Shown here: in pieces, positions 48,157-57,577 of the stretch
Numbering within the stretch: the stretch's first letter is position 1
How the letters are laid out: each line of letters starts with the position of its first letter
Virus record (IMG/VR): IMGVR_UViG_3300038560_000007
Span: 15,615 to 79,614 of that record
Length of the DNA stretch: 64,000 nt
Strand: one strand, 5' to 3'
Origin: a virus
Position numbers and translations under genes: made by a program
Notes under the pieces: model-generated
Databases searched by the model: none
Told to the model about the DNA's origin: nothing
The model's input: only the letters and a program-made list of their open reading frames with translations

Positions 48157-48939
48157 CTAGAAAGCCGTAGGAATGGCGTCGACAGTGAACGTTGCCGTCC
48201 CCGGCGTCCCGACAGTCATAGCAACGACGAAGAACGGTGCCTTTACGGCCAGTTCCTTGATCGCCGTAAACGCGCCGGCCTGACTGGCAAAGATGTCCGT
48301 TGGGTCAGCATGCAGGATATTACCTACACCTCCAACGCCGGTTGGTACCCACAGAACCTCGAATTGTGGCGAGGCAGTCCAGGTGTCGGCTGTGGCGTTC
48401 AACTTGAGCGCCAAACGCCCTGCCTGAGGACCTCCGTTCGGAATCATCGGGACGGCGGTGATAGCTGAATACGTAGTCGGCGTAGCAGGGTTGAACGCGG
48501 CTGCCAGCGTAGTCGATCCGATCAGACCGACAGTCGCTGGACCCATCGCCCCGGCGCCCAGCTCATATCCATACGGACTCGGAGTAGAGCCCCACTCCGA
48601 GTTCGTAACGGCACCATCCTGAATGGTGTGCGTATACGCGCCAGTTGTCCAGGTAACCCTGTAGAACGGGGCCTTAACCTGTACGACCTTGATGACACCA
48701 GGGTTCACGGCCGTAATGTTGGCAAACGTGTCCTTGGGATCCGCACTGAAGAAGTTCACGCCGTCGTTCGACCACTGAACCTCATAGGTAATCGTCCCGC
48801 TCGTGTAAGCAGTAACAGCTGGTGTAATCACCATCTGGCACGCACCCCACGGAGGGGTCTGAGCACCCGAGTTTCCAGCAGCCGACACGACTACCGACGG
48901 AGTAACAGTACGGAGGGCCGAGAGCCTAACTCCAGGCAT
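48157..48939 (-). CDS. Capsid accessory/decoration-like protein (paralog of 47339..48148)
   Basis: Directly after MCP; YEVQWSNDGVNFFSADPKDTF...KAPFY. Confidence 0.7.
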   Translation of the reverse strand: MPGVRLSALRTVTPSVVVSAAGNSGAQTPPWGACQMVITPAVTAYTSGTITYEVQWSNDGVNFFSADPKDTFANITAVNPGVIKVVQVKAPFYRVTWTTGAYTHTIQDGAVTNSEWGSTPSPYGYELGAGAMGPATVGLIGSTTLAAAFNPATPTTYSAITAVPMIPNGGPQAGRLALKLNATADTWTASPQFEVLWVPTGVGGVGNILHADPTDIFASQAGAFTAIKELAVKAPFFVVAMTVGTPGTATFTVDAIPTAF

Positions 48940-48974
48940 AATTCCTCCTCTTCTGGAACTCTAGCCCGACCGGA

Positions 48975-49997
48975 CTACTGAGTCCCCTCGATCATGCCGA
49001 AGGCGGCTTCCTGACCCATCGAGAACGCGCGACGCATGCGGCCACGAAGGATCGTGGTGTCAGTGCCGGAGTACATGGGCGGAACGATCTGGAACTCAGG
49101 AGTGGCAGCGGGGTTATTCGGGTTGGTGGTCCGCTTGCCAGCCAGGAGGTACAGCCGGTTACAGAAGAACATCAGGCGGTTGCCTGCGGTACCGGTCGGG
49201 CAGGAAGCAGAAGCGCCCGAGTAACCGTTGGCCGGAAGAGCCGAAGTCGGAGCGGCGGTGACAACAGCACCCAGGCTCCAGAACACTGGGATACGGAAGA
49301 GCAAGTCAGGGGTTGCACCCTGGCCGCCGCCCGGGAATCCAGCGCTCGACTCGTTGAAGATCGGACGGTTCTGAGAGTCCAGGATCGTACGGAACGCGTT
49401 CCGGAAGAACGGGTGCGCGACGCAGATCATATCCTCCTCGTTGAAGTAGTCACCCTGTTCCACGAAGCTCAGCGCCGTGGAGATCTGAGTGTAAGTCGGA
49501 ATACCCTTCGTACCTGCGCCGGTCACGATCAGGTTGGCGCCAGCGATGTAGCCGGTGTTCGCGTCCGAGTTGGTCAGGCCATACCAGACCGACGTGGTGC
49601 TGGCGTTGCTAGCTCCCGGAGCTGCAGTGACACCAATCGAAGCATTGTCGTAGACCTTGGCCAGAGCCGTCCCGATGGCGTTCGACTTGCTGTTGATGAT
49701 GTCCGCCAGAGAGTCCATGATGTCCTCTTCAGCGATGTCGATCTCAGTGCCCCACTTGCCAGCGGTGAGAAGCACTGCGTTGTTCAGACCGAGGTCACCC
49801 TGACCTGCGGCAAGGTAGGTAGCACCCTTCTGCACCAGGGCCGCCGTCACGCCACCGTCACGCGAGATGTACCGCGAAGCGGAAGTCATGAAGACGTTCT
49901 GGCCGTAGGCCTCGATAGCACTGTGCTGCGTGACCTTCTGAATAACCTGGGCCCCGTATTCGACCGGAATCCAGTTGGTGAACGTGGCCTGAGTCAC
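48975..49997 (-). CDS. Major capsid protein (HK97 fold)
   Basis: WIPVEY..VIQ, LTAGKW....IAEEDIMDS, ILDSQNRPIF, RGRMRRAF. Confidence 0.9.
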   Translation of the reverse strand: MTQATFTNWIPVEYGAQVIQKVTQHSAIEAYGQNVFMTSASRYISRDGGVTAALVQKGATYLAAGQGDLGLNNAVLLTAGKWGTEIDIAEEDIMDSLADIINSKSNAIGTALAKVYDNASIGVTAAPGASNASTTSVWYGLTNSDANTGYIAGANLIVTGAGTKGIPTYTQISTALSFVEQGDYFNEEDMICVAHPFFRNAFRTILDSQNRPIFNESSAGFPGGGQGATPDLLFRIPVFWSLGAVVTAAPTSALPANGYSGASASCPTGTAGNRLMFFCNRLYLLAGKRTTNPNNPAATPEFQIVPPMYSGTDTTILRGRMRRAFSMGQEAAFGMIEGTQ

Positions 49998-50037
49998 GTT
50001 CCGCCTCCTTCATCTAGGGCCCAGACCGGCTGAGCCA

Positions 50038-50886
50038 CTACCTCATTGACACTCCCGGCCCCGATGTACCACCCAGGACCTGGTCTGCCAAAATCTCATT
50101 CCAAGGCTTCGGCTTGCCGCCGCCGCCCTGGTCTTGCTTCCTACCATCCCGTGAACCTGAACCGCCATTGGCGTTCCCAGCCGGGACTCTTCCGCTCGCA
50201 GTAGGCACCTGAAACAGGTTCGGGAACTCCGTCTTGAGAGTCTCGATCTGCTCCGTAAGGCCTACGGCTTCACCATCATCATCGATCTCGATCTTGTCCA
50301 GGTCAAGGAGACCTACCAACCGGGCTGTCGGCCCTTGGACGTTAGCGGCTCGGAGCTCCGCAGCCGCTAGAGCTCGCACCAGAGGACCCTTGACCTTCGT
50401 CTCGGTCTCCGCTGCAGCGCTCTCCTTCGCCTCCAGGATAGCCCGCTCTTCAGCGGACACACTCTTCCGACGCTCCTCAGCCAGAGCCTTGTCAGCAGCC
50501 TTTCGAGCCGTTCGTTCGGCAGCTAGCGCCTTACGAAGATTCTCTAGCCCGTCGCCCTTTCCTGGTTCCTGTCCCGTGCCCTGCTGACCGCTGCCAGCGT
50601 CCGAGGATGAGTCATCCACGCTCGAGGACGACGATGACCCCTCTGACGAACCGGTCGTGGAACCGGCGGCGTCAGTCCCTCCAGATGAGCTTCCGCCTTC
50701 CCCGTCAGCGGTCGAGGCTTCGCCCTCTTCGGTGACTGAGCCGACCCCGTCCCCGCTGGTCCCTCCTGATGCTCCAGGAGACGTTGAAGACCCATTAGAT
50801 CCGGCACTCAAAACACCTCCCTCTCCCTCGTAGACGGGCCGACCTTGGAAGTACCCGATCGGAGTTCGCTCGTCAGTCACTGACAT
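50038..50886 (-). CDS. Scaffolding protein
   Basis: Low-complexity N-terminus, LRKALAAER coiled coil, IETLKTEFPNLF; between portal and MCP. Confidence 0.85.
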   Translation of the reverse strand: MSVTDERTPIGYFQGRPVYEGEGGVLSAGSNGSSTSPGASGGTSGDGVGSVTEEGEASTADGEGGSSSGGTDAAGSTTGSSEGSSSSSSVDDSSSDAGSGQQGTGQEPGKGDGLENLRKALAAERTARKAADKALAEERRKSVSAEERAILEAKESAAAETETKVKGPLVRALAAAELRAANVQGPTARLVGLLDLDKIEIDDDGEAVGLTEQIETLKTEFPNLFQVPTASGRVPAGNANGGSGSRDGRKQDQGGGGKPKPWNEILADQVLGGTSGPGVSMR

Positions 50887-50917
50887 CTCGTCACCTTACC
50901 TAGTCTCGGCATCTCGC

Positions 50918-52468
50918 CTACCCTATTTCTTCCGAAGTTCCCAGGTCAGACTGCTTGCCAGCGGCCGTCTCGAACGTTGGCTTTTGCTGTCCCGCCGTAG
51001 GAAGCACGACGCCCCAAGCGTCGAGCTGCTCCGGTGTATACCCCTGCTCCTCCAACAGCTGACGAGCAGGCACCCCCAGCTCCAACTTAATCTGCTGGCC
51101 CTGCAACGTAGCCAAGTCATTAACTGTGGCCGCAGGAACCCAGTTGACGTGAACTGGGGTAGTCTCTGGAAGACCTCGAACCTTCAGAACGAACCTGAAG
51201 AGGTCTCGCCAAGTCGCGCCAAACGACAGCTGACGCTTGCGAACCTTCTTTGCAAACGGAGCCTCAATCACTCGAAGGCTCTCGCCAGACACGTTCGACA
51301 CGATCGGGTCTAGGAAGTGCATGGGAGTCTCAGTCACAACCGCCATGGCATGAATGTAGTCCATGAAGGGGCCGAGAAAAGACTTCGGGTCCGCTGCATC
51401 AAACTGCCCATACTGCTTGACACCCTTCATAAACCAGAGCGAAGCAGGATCGGCAGTGAGCTGAGACCGCGGATCAACGCCGGTGTCGAGCGTAGCACCG
51501 GTATCAATCGAGAAGGCATAGTCACCTTCATCACCGAACGCTGCCTCGGAGGTGTCAAACCCGTCCTGAAGGATCGCCCAGCGCTGCGGGAAGGCATTAT
51601 AGTCCACGCTAGCCATGTGGCTAATGACCAGTTTGTGAATAGCATCCTGCGGGCCGAACGCGTCCACGTGCTCGGGACGCCCAAACGGAAGCCCATTTCG
51701 GAAGTGGAAGACTGGAATCTCACCGAACGGGTTCAGCATCGGCCACTGCCCGTCATCCTCAGGATCCAAACGCATCACCCAACGAGGCTTTTGACCGCTC
51801 GTAGGGTTCTCATTCGGAGCCATCATATACTTCTCGATGCGATCCGCGTAGTACAGATTCGCCATCGAGTAGCCAGTAGCAGCGTCCTCCCACTTCTTAA
51901 TCGCGTACCGCATGACGTGCTCGTCTTCGTCATCGTAGAAGACACGCATGATGCGCGGTGAAACATAAAAGATGTCAACGGTCTCGACGTCAGGACTGTC
52001 TGGGTCCTGTTCTCCGTTAGGCCAGACAAAGACATACGCGTCACCGAACTTACACGCATTCGCCATTATGTCTGGAGCATACAAATCGAGCTGGTTGAAG
52101 TGCCAGGACTCACGGATTACATCAAGGGCCGCTTGGTCTGGGGAGGAGATCCCGGCAATCTCCAGGCGCTCTGCCACGGCGTCAACGGGAAGCTTTGCGA
52201 AGTTGAAGTTGAAGATGACTCCGGTTGCGCCCATTGCGATGCGAAGGCGGAGAGAAGCGAAGAACTCAGGCTGCGTACCGAAATAATAAGCCGCCGCCTT
52301 CGCGTAGTCGAGCTGTGCCTGTCCAAGTTCCGTCACTCCGTTCTGCAAGTCCGCGCCCAGGACGTTATCAGGTACCGGGCGCTCAACGGGAATAGCCATG
52401 CCCAGGAACTGATTCCCAGGCATCATTGCCCCTGCCTGGCTCCCGGTCATCCCGGTCGGCATGTTCAT
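50918..52468 (-). CDS. Portal protein (SPP1 gp6-like)
   Basis: NFAKLPVDAVAERL, FGDAYVFVW, NPFGEIPVFHF, FPQRW, SGESLR. Confidence 0.92.
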   Translation of the reverse strand: MNMPTGMTGSQAGAMMPGNQFLGMAIPVERPVPDNVLGADLQNGVTELGQAQLDYAKAAAYYFGTQPEFFASLRLRIAMGATGVIFNFNFAKLPVDAVAERLEIAGISSPDQAALDVIRESWHFNQLDLYAPDIMANACKFGDAYVFVWPNGEQDPDSPDVETVDIFYVSPRIMRVFYDDEDEHVMRYAIKKWEDAATGYSMANLYYADRIEKYMMAPNENPTSGQKPRWVMRLDPEDDGQWPMLNPFGEIPVFHFRNGLPFGRPEHVDAFGPQDAIHKLVISHMASVDYNAFPQRWAILQDGFDTSEAAFGDEGDYAFSIDTGATLDTGVDPRSQLTADPASLWFMKGVKQYGQFDAADPKSFLGPFMDYIHAMAVVTETPMHFLDPIVSNVSGESLRVIEAPFAKKVRKRQLSFGATWRDLFRFVLKVRGLPETTPVHVNWVPAATVNDLATLQGQQIKLELGVPARQLLEEQGYTPEQLDAWGVVLPTAGQQKPTFETAAGKQSDLGTSEEIG

Positions 52469-52602
52469 GCAGAGCTACCCATCGTCACGAAGCGGTTCTT
52501 GACGTCAAACACGATCCCACAACCATTACAGATCCACCAAACACACCCCGGAGACCAGCAATGCTTCTTCCGAGTATTCTTCATACACCGAGGACACTTC
52601 AC

Positions 52603-54273
52603 TCAGTCACCACCACTTACCAACAGATGCAGCGGGGTCCGCTGAGCGTACGAATACGTCCCACCACTCGTTCGAGGCTTCTGACGAGTAATGAACTTAC
52701 GAACTCCGATCTCAACAGCGTCGATCATGTCATTGTCGCCTTCGCGATACGCACACATCTCTTGCTGAAGCCTCACCAGCTGATGATGGTGATAAACTTT
52801 GCCACGCTGGTAGTAATTCAGAAGACGCGTGAAGCGAAGCTCCTTGGGAAGCTCAGACCAGGTTAGCTCAACTCGAACTGGGATGTCATGGAACACTTCC
52901 GCCCAAGTATCTCCACCCTGGTTAGATTCAACTCGCACTAGACCGATCTCTGGGAACTGATCCAGATACCAGAGAACCGTCTCGCGCATCTTCTTTGGAG
53001 GCTGCCTAATCACGGTTGCGAACTTGACAACCGCAACCTTACGCTCCACGTTGAAGCCAACGATCGCTAGACCCGTATTATGCGAAGAGTCCTTGCTAGT
53101 CACAGCAGGGTCAATGCTAAGAACGTCGAACGCTGTCTCCAGCTCTTCGAAGAGGAAGTCATCATCAGTCCAGTAATCACCCTGTGCATTGACAGGCTGA
53201 TTCAGGAACTCCTTCTTGTAGTCCTGCTTGTCCTCGTGTGACTTCAGATACGCGAGTGTCCACTTAGCAGGCCAACAAGACCTTTCCGTACCATCCTCAT
53301 TCAGGATAATCGGAGGGTAATAATGAACGACGATCTCCTGGTCTTGAATCCAATCAGGAGTATCCTCAGTCGGGTGAAGAACAGACTCAACCAACTGATG
53401 CATGACCGATCCCGGAGCCGTGACAGTTCCAACGATGACCACACGCGCGAACTCGTTCAGGTGAAAAACCGTCTCAAGCATCCACCTCAGGCGGAACACC
53501 ATCACGCTTGGCGAATACTTCTCTTCACCAGGCTCGATGTCGTCGAGGATGATCAAGTCCGGGCGACGCTTACCTGACTTCAAACCACGCGCCGCGGTCC
53601 CAGAACCCTTAGCCATCATGATGAAGTCGTTTGCCTGTTCAATCTTGTCAACCCGAGCGGATACCGTCTTCTTGGCTAGCGAACCTCCCGTACGCCTAAC
53701 CTTCGGCATGCACAGTTCGGGGAAGTCCTGAATCAGCAACTCGTTAGTGTCGAACTCTCCACGGATGGTTGCTAGGTGGTTCTTGGCCTGATCCGCGGAG
53801 TCAGAGAACGCAACAATGAACTTGATATGACCATGAGCTGCAGCCCAGATCGGCAGGAGACAAAAGAGCCAGGTTGACTTACCCATGCCTCGCGGAGTCA
53901 CCCAACAAGACCTGTACTGCCTGGGCCTGGTTGACTTCCTCTTCCACTCCTTCGCAGCTTCGATCACCTGGCGGTGGAAGTCAGCAAACGAAAGCCGCTC
54001 CTGAGTCTCCGCCGAGTGCAAGTGATGAACCAGGTAAACCAAGGCGAAGAGAAGCGGGTCATCCTTAGTAAGTCGAACACGCTCAGCGGGATCATCGGAA
54101 GCGAGAGCATCCCTGTCCAGCCCGGCCAGGTAACGCTTAAACCAGGCCGGGCCGGAAGGGCTGTCGATCAGCCTGAGCAGAACCGTCGGGTACTCGAGCT
54201 CCGGGGCGTCTACCTCGACAGCATCGGGCTCGAAGTCGTAATAGCTCTGGCTGAGTCGCTCCACACGGTCCAC
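52603..54273 (-). CDS. terL: Terminase large subunit
   Basis: PRGMGKST Walker A, RPDLIILDDIE Walker B, IVGT, EFLNQP, SIDPA, NDMIDA. Confidence 0.93.
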   Translation of the reverse strand: MDRVERLSQSYYDFEPDAVEVDAPELEYPTVLLRLIDSPSGPAWFKRYLAGLDRDALASDDPAERVRLTKDDPLLFALVYLVHHLHSAETQERLSFADFHRQVIEAAKEWKRKSTRPRQYRSCWVTPRGMGKSTWLFCLLPIWAAAHGHIKFIVAFSDSADQAKNHLATIRGEFDTNELLIQDFPELCMPKVRRTGGSLAKKTVSARVDKIEQANDFIMMAKGSGTAARGLKSGKRRPDLIILDDIEPGEEKYSPSVMVFRLRWMLETVFHLNEFARVVIVGTVTAPGSVMHQLVESVLHPTEDTPDWIQDQEIVVHYYPPIILNEDGTERSCWPAKWTLAYLKSHEDKQDYKKEFLNQPVNAQGDYWTDDDFLFEELETAFDVLSIDPAVTSKDSSHNTGLAIVGFNVERKVAVVKFATVIRQPPKKMRETVLWYLDQFPEIGLVRVESNQGGDTWAEVFHDIPVRVELTWSELPKELRFTRLLNYYQRGKVYHHHQLVRLQQEMCAYREGDNDMIDAVEIGVRKFITRQKPRTSGGTYSYAQRTPLHLLVSGGD

Positions 54274-54276
54274 TAA

Positions 54277-54540
54277 CTACGCCATCCCCCCGAGATAGGG
54301 AGGCTGAGGCTCCGGCGAAACGTTTCCCATGGAAGGATTGTTCGCGCCAAAGACATCCGCGGCCCGCGGAGCAACCTGAGGAGGCATGACCGCGCTCAGG
54401 GACCTATAGTCTCCCAGACCATCGGTGCATCCAACCTGGTTATACGGACCGCTACCGTCATACTCAGACAGAGGGAAGGACTGTCGATCAGTCTCGGACT
54501 GAGGACCTACCCCATATGCCTGAGCGTCGGCGTCTGCCAC
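54277..54540 (-). CDS. Small late protein, shared N-terminal motif family, member 4
   Basis: MADADAQAYGVGPQSETDRQSFPLSEYDG. Confidence 0.7.
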   Translation of the reverse strand: MADADAQAYGVGPQSETDRQSFPLSEYDGSGPYNQVGCTDGLGDYRSLSAVMPPQVAPRAADVFGANNPSMGNVSPEPQPPYLGGMA

Positions 54541-54545
54541 GGTAG

Positions 54546-54800
54546 TTACCTACCGCTGTAGTAGGGCTGGGCACCGCCGCCGTAGTAGGGCGAACCCTGG
54601 GACTTGTTCAGCGGCGCGTACGAGCCGATGTCATCGGTGTCGTTGTCGCCGTCGGGCGCAGACTCCACACCGCGCCGGAGACCCGTGCCGAAGGCTGCGT
54701 CGTCGACGTAGTCGGGGTCGTAGTTGGCGATCTGACCTGACTGTGCGTTCTGCTCCGAGCCGGGGCCAATGTAGTGCTGGCTCGCCTGAGCATCGGTCAT
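54546..54800 (-). CDS. Small late protein, shared N-terminal motif family, member 3 (acidic)
   Basis: MTDAQASQHYIGPGSEQNAQSGQIANYDP; AGGAGGAG RBS. Confidence 0.75.
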   Translation of the reverse strand: MTDAQASQHYIGPGSEQNAQSGQIANYDPDYVDDAAFGTGLRRGVESAPDGDNDTDDIGSYAPLNKSQGSPYYGGGAQPYYSGR

Positions 54801-55018
54801 CTGCTTCTCCTCCTTATACTGGTAACTGCCCGAGTGCCTCTCGACGTTCGGCCAGCGCCTACGCCCATCGACAGGCTCTTTCCGGAAGTCCGCCTCTGGG
54901 AGTTAACTCGATGAGTAGGTAGCCCACCCTTCGGAGTATAGGTCGAAATGCTGCCGCTCCTCTTCGCACTCTCGGACCTAGGCCCGTACCAGTGCTTCTT
55001 GACCTGCTTGAGAGTCAT
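54797..55018 (-). CDS. Small late protein, shared N-terminal motif family, member 2 (basic)
   Basis: MTLKQVKKHWYGPRSESAKRSGSISTYTP; ATGA overlaps. Confidence 0.7.
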   Translation of the reverse strand: MTLKQVKKHWYGPRSESAKRSGSISTYTPKGGLPTHRVNSQRRTSGKSLSMGVGAGRTSRGTRAVTSIRRRSR

Positions 55019-55215
55019 CGGCGTGTCACCTGCCTCTGAGGACCGAGACCCCGCTCAAGAGCATCAGCTTGGTACATGCCATCCTCTTCAGCCTGAATGT
55101 CCCGGAGGACAGCGGGCATGGTCCTCTTGCCGTCGTAGTCGTCGATCGATCCAGAACACCGGGCGGTCTCAGATCCACTGTCGAAGTACCACTGCCTGGC
55201 CTGATCATCGCTCAA
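55015..55215 (-). CDS. Small late protein, shared N-terminal motif family, member 1
   Basis: TTG start 8 nt after GGAGG gives MSDDQARQWYFDSGSETARCSGSIDDYDG. Confidence 0.65.
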   Translation of the reverse strand: MSDDQARQWYFDSGSETARCSGSIDDYDGKRTMPAVLRDIQAEEDGMYQADALERGLGPQRQVTRR

Positions 55216-55248
55216 TTGGTGCACCTCCATTCACCATGAGCTAGCGGG

Positions 55249-55289
55249 CCTCCTATCTCCTATTATAGCGCACGTCATAGGGGGAAGGC
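55249..55289 (-). promoter_or_regulatory. Class II (late) promoter heading the structural operon
   Basis: GCCTTC-N16-TATAATAG-G-AGATAGGAGG on the - strand. Confidence 0.75.
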
Positions 55290-55321
55290 TCTTATAATTC
55301 AATGGGAAATTATTGAACTCC

Positions 55322-55355
55322 ACTTGATAACCAAAGGAGGTATGCTCTATAATTA
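55322..55355 (+). promoter_or_regulatory. Degenerate class I promoter, divergent from the late promoter
   Basis: ACTTG-N19-TCTATAATTA in an AT-rich divergence region. Confidence 0.65.
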
Positions 55356-55377
55356 AATATACAGTGAGAGGAGACAA

Positions 55378-55644
55378 ATGGCTGAGAGAACAGGACTCGA
55401 GGCACCTAGGAGGCGAACGTTCTACCCCTGGGATGACTGGACTGATGGAACTACGTGGAAGGCCTACGAAGGAAAGGACTTCACTACGACTCCACAGAAC
55501 TTCCAAACCGTGCTTCATCTGAAGGCGAGATCTATGCCTGAGATGGCCCGAGTAATCACGGGGTCACCCGAAAAGGGTATAGTCGAATTCAGGTTCATCA
55601 AGAAGGAAGACGATGCCTCTGAGAGGGAGACCTCCGAAGTATGA
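55378..55644 (+). CDS. Small putative DNA-binding protein (YPWD family)
   Basis: RRRTFYPWDDWTDG..W...EGKDF; GAGGAG RBS. Confidence 0.7.
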   Translation: MAERTGLEAPRRRTFYPWDDWTDGTTWKAYEGKDFTTTPQNFQTVLHLKARSMPEMARVITGSPEKGIVEFRFIKKEDDASERETSEV

Positions 55645-55891
55645 ATGGGATCTCCTCCTCGAGTTCGACAGCACCCCTTGTGGGCTAACCACTCCGTGCA
55701 ACGGAGTCCACGCGGGAGTATGGGAGCTCAGACAGGGCGAGGACTTCCCTAGCACGATGAAGATTCAGAGCCTACAGGCGGCAATGCACGCTAAGGCGAA
55801 ATTCCTAGGCATACAGTGCCACACCAGAAAACAAAAGACGGGCCTGCAAGTCCAATTCTTCTGTACTGAGGAGAGCTGTGCCAGAGTATAA
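55613..55891 (+). CDS. Small putative DNA-binding protein (YPWD family)
   Basis: RGRPPKYEWD...WELRQGEDF. Confidence 0.7.
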   Translation: MPLRGRPPKYEWDLLLEFDSTPCGLTTPCNGVHAGVWELRQGEDFPSTMKIQSLQAAMHAKAKFLGIQCHTRKQKTGLQVQFFCTEESCARV

Positions 55892-56303
55892 GCCAGTGAG
55901 CAACGCAGAGTGGGACTGGCTCGAGGGTCGATTCGTCGCACTCGAGCGCATGCCAGGCATGCGAGAGATCTTCGACCGGTCCCTTCCGGGCTCACCGTAC
56001 ACTGCGGACGAGCGACGCGCATACAGACGAGAGATCTTCGAGGCCATACGCACTATGGTCTCACCACTCGAAGCGTTCCCTAACCCGTACTTCGAGCTAA
56101 CCTGGGTTCGCGCCGTAGCCGCGAATCCGAGCCTCCTGAACGACGTTACAGTCAACAGATCTCTCCTCTGGAACGCCTTCTTCAGGCCCGAGGAGCCGCC
56201 TGGCTTTCGAGAGCAGCAGATCGAACGGTGGAAGCACGTTGCCGGGGGTGAAACGGGCCTTCCGATCGTGACCGACACCGACCTCGAAGAAGCTGCAGAA
56301 TGA
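55878..56303 (+). CDS. Hypothetical protein
   Basis: GAGGAG RBS; ATGA overlap with the next gene. Confidence 0.6.
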   Translation: MPEYKPVSNAEWDWLEGRFVALERMPGMREIFDRSLPGSPYTADERRAYRREIFEAIRTMVSPLEAFPNPYFELTWVRAVAANPSLLNDVTVNRSLLWNAFFRPEEPPGFREQQIERWKHVAGGETGLPIVTDTDLEEAAE

Positions 56304-57577
56304 TGCAGCGCATCGAAGGCATGACAGACACACGTCCAGGCCCGAGACCCGGTGAGCACAAGACCAAGCCATCGCTCAAGCCCTTCGTAGCCGTAGACGT
56401 CAACCAGAACCCCTGGTCTATGCCAAGGGAATACCAAGGGACTATCCCAGTTACGTACGGCAACATCTTCATCCTCGCACAGGCCCTCACGCGAGGAATG
56501 AGTCCAGATACTAAATACATCGCCACCGAACAGCGAAGGCTCACACGCTTCCCAGACGGTAGAGCATTCAAGATAGAGCTCCGCATCAAGGAAGGCACAG
56601 CCTTCGGTGGCAAGATCTGGATTCGAGACAGCAAGGGTCGCTCGACTATCATTCAAGATGTCAAGGGCCTATTCCAGGTCAACTGGCCTGCTCTTAAGAG
56701 ACTCTACAACGCGAACGACCTCGCTCAGGTCATGGAGCATACGAGGTCCTCACTGGCAGAGGTCAACCTTAGAGCAGACCAACAGGACTGGTACCGTTGC
56801 TCCAGCATCACTGGTGAACTATGGCGTCGCCTACAGGTCAACCTAGGAGACGTCCCATGCGTAAGGGTGAATAGAGATGAACCAGGTAACCTACAAGGTT
56901 ACAACGTCTTTGGGCACACAGATCAACCCGTCTACTTTTACGACATCCACAGCGCTTACCTTTCAGTCATGGCCCAGTTTCCCGCCCTGGAGCCTTTCAC
57001 CGACTACCTCTGGTCCGCACGCCAAGAACTGGACCAATCTCAAGATCCTGCCGCTTTTGTCTTGAAGCTAGCGGCCGTAGTCATACCTGGGAAGTTTACC
57101 AGTGCGCTACCGGGTAACAAGTTCTACAGGCCCATCCTCGGCCAATACATCCGACAGTCGATCAACGACCGGCTTCGTGCAGCCATGAACCTGATCGATG
57201 GATACTACAACCGGTACCGATGGTGTGTAGATGGCTTCATAGCCAGTCAGGATATCAGTAGGCACCTCGACGTTGGCGACGGCCTTGGCCAGTGGAAGCC
57301 AGTCGACGTCCATTCCAGACTGACCATCGCCCGAACTAACGTCTGGTGGACAGACAAGGGCCACAAGGACAACGGCTATACCGTCAGGGAACAGCAAGTC
57401 CTAGACGATCCTACCGAGATCCACACATCACGCACGGTCTTCGACTGGTCTACACTGTCGGAGCGAACAGAACCTGTAACCTTGTATCAGAATCACTACG
57501 AAGAGCAGTGTCGAGCATGCCGAGACGGTGGAGGAATGCATCTCCATGATACTCTACCCCGAGGAATCGTACTATGA
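56300..57577 (+). CDS. Degenerate, compact family B DNA polymerase-like protein
   Basis: Motif A YDIHSAYLSVM, motif B LKLAAVVIPGKF, motif C RWCVDGF, then GDGLGQWK, in PolB order. Confidence 0.7.
   Translation: MMQRIEGMTDTRPGPRPGEHKTKPSLKPFVAVDVNQNPWSMPREYQGTIPVTYGNIFILAQALTRGMSPDTKYIATEQRRLTRFPDGRAFKIELRIKEGTAFGGKIWIRDSKGRSTIIQDVKGLFQVNWPALKRLYNANDLAQVMEHTRSSLAEVNLRADQQDWYRCSSITGELWRRLQVNLGDVPCVRVNRDEPGNLQGYNVFGHTDQPVYFYDIHSAYLSVMAQFPALEPFTDYLWSARQELDQSQDPAAFVLKLAAVVIPGKFTSALPGNKFYRPILGQYIRQSINDRLRAAMNLIDGYYNRYRWCVDGFIASQDISRHLDVGDGLGQWKPVDVHSRLTIARTNVWWTDKGHKDNGYTVREQQVLDDPTEIHTSRTVFDWSTLSERTEPVTLYQNHYEEQCRACRDGGGMHLHDTLPRGIVL

Noticed and set aside
52465-52602. Possible frameshifted Zn-ribbon mini-gene between terL and portal (CPRC in one frame, CNGC in another)
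   Set aside because: Too short to distinguish from chance without homologs
54277-55215. RiPP precursor cluster matured by the radical SAM enzyme
   Set aside because: The only radical SAM protein is a canonical QueE, and no maturase or transporter is adjacent; kept only as a minor alternative
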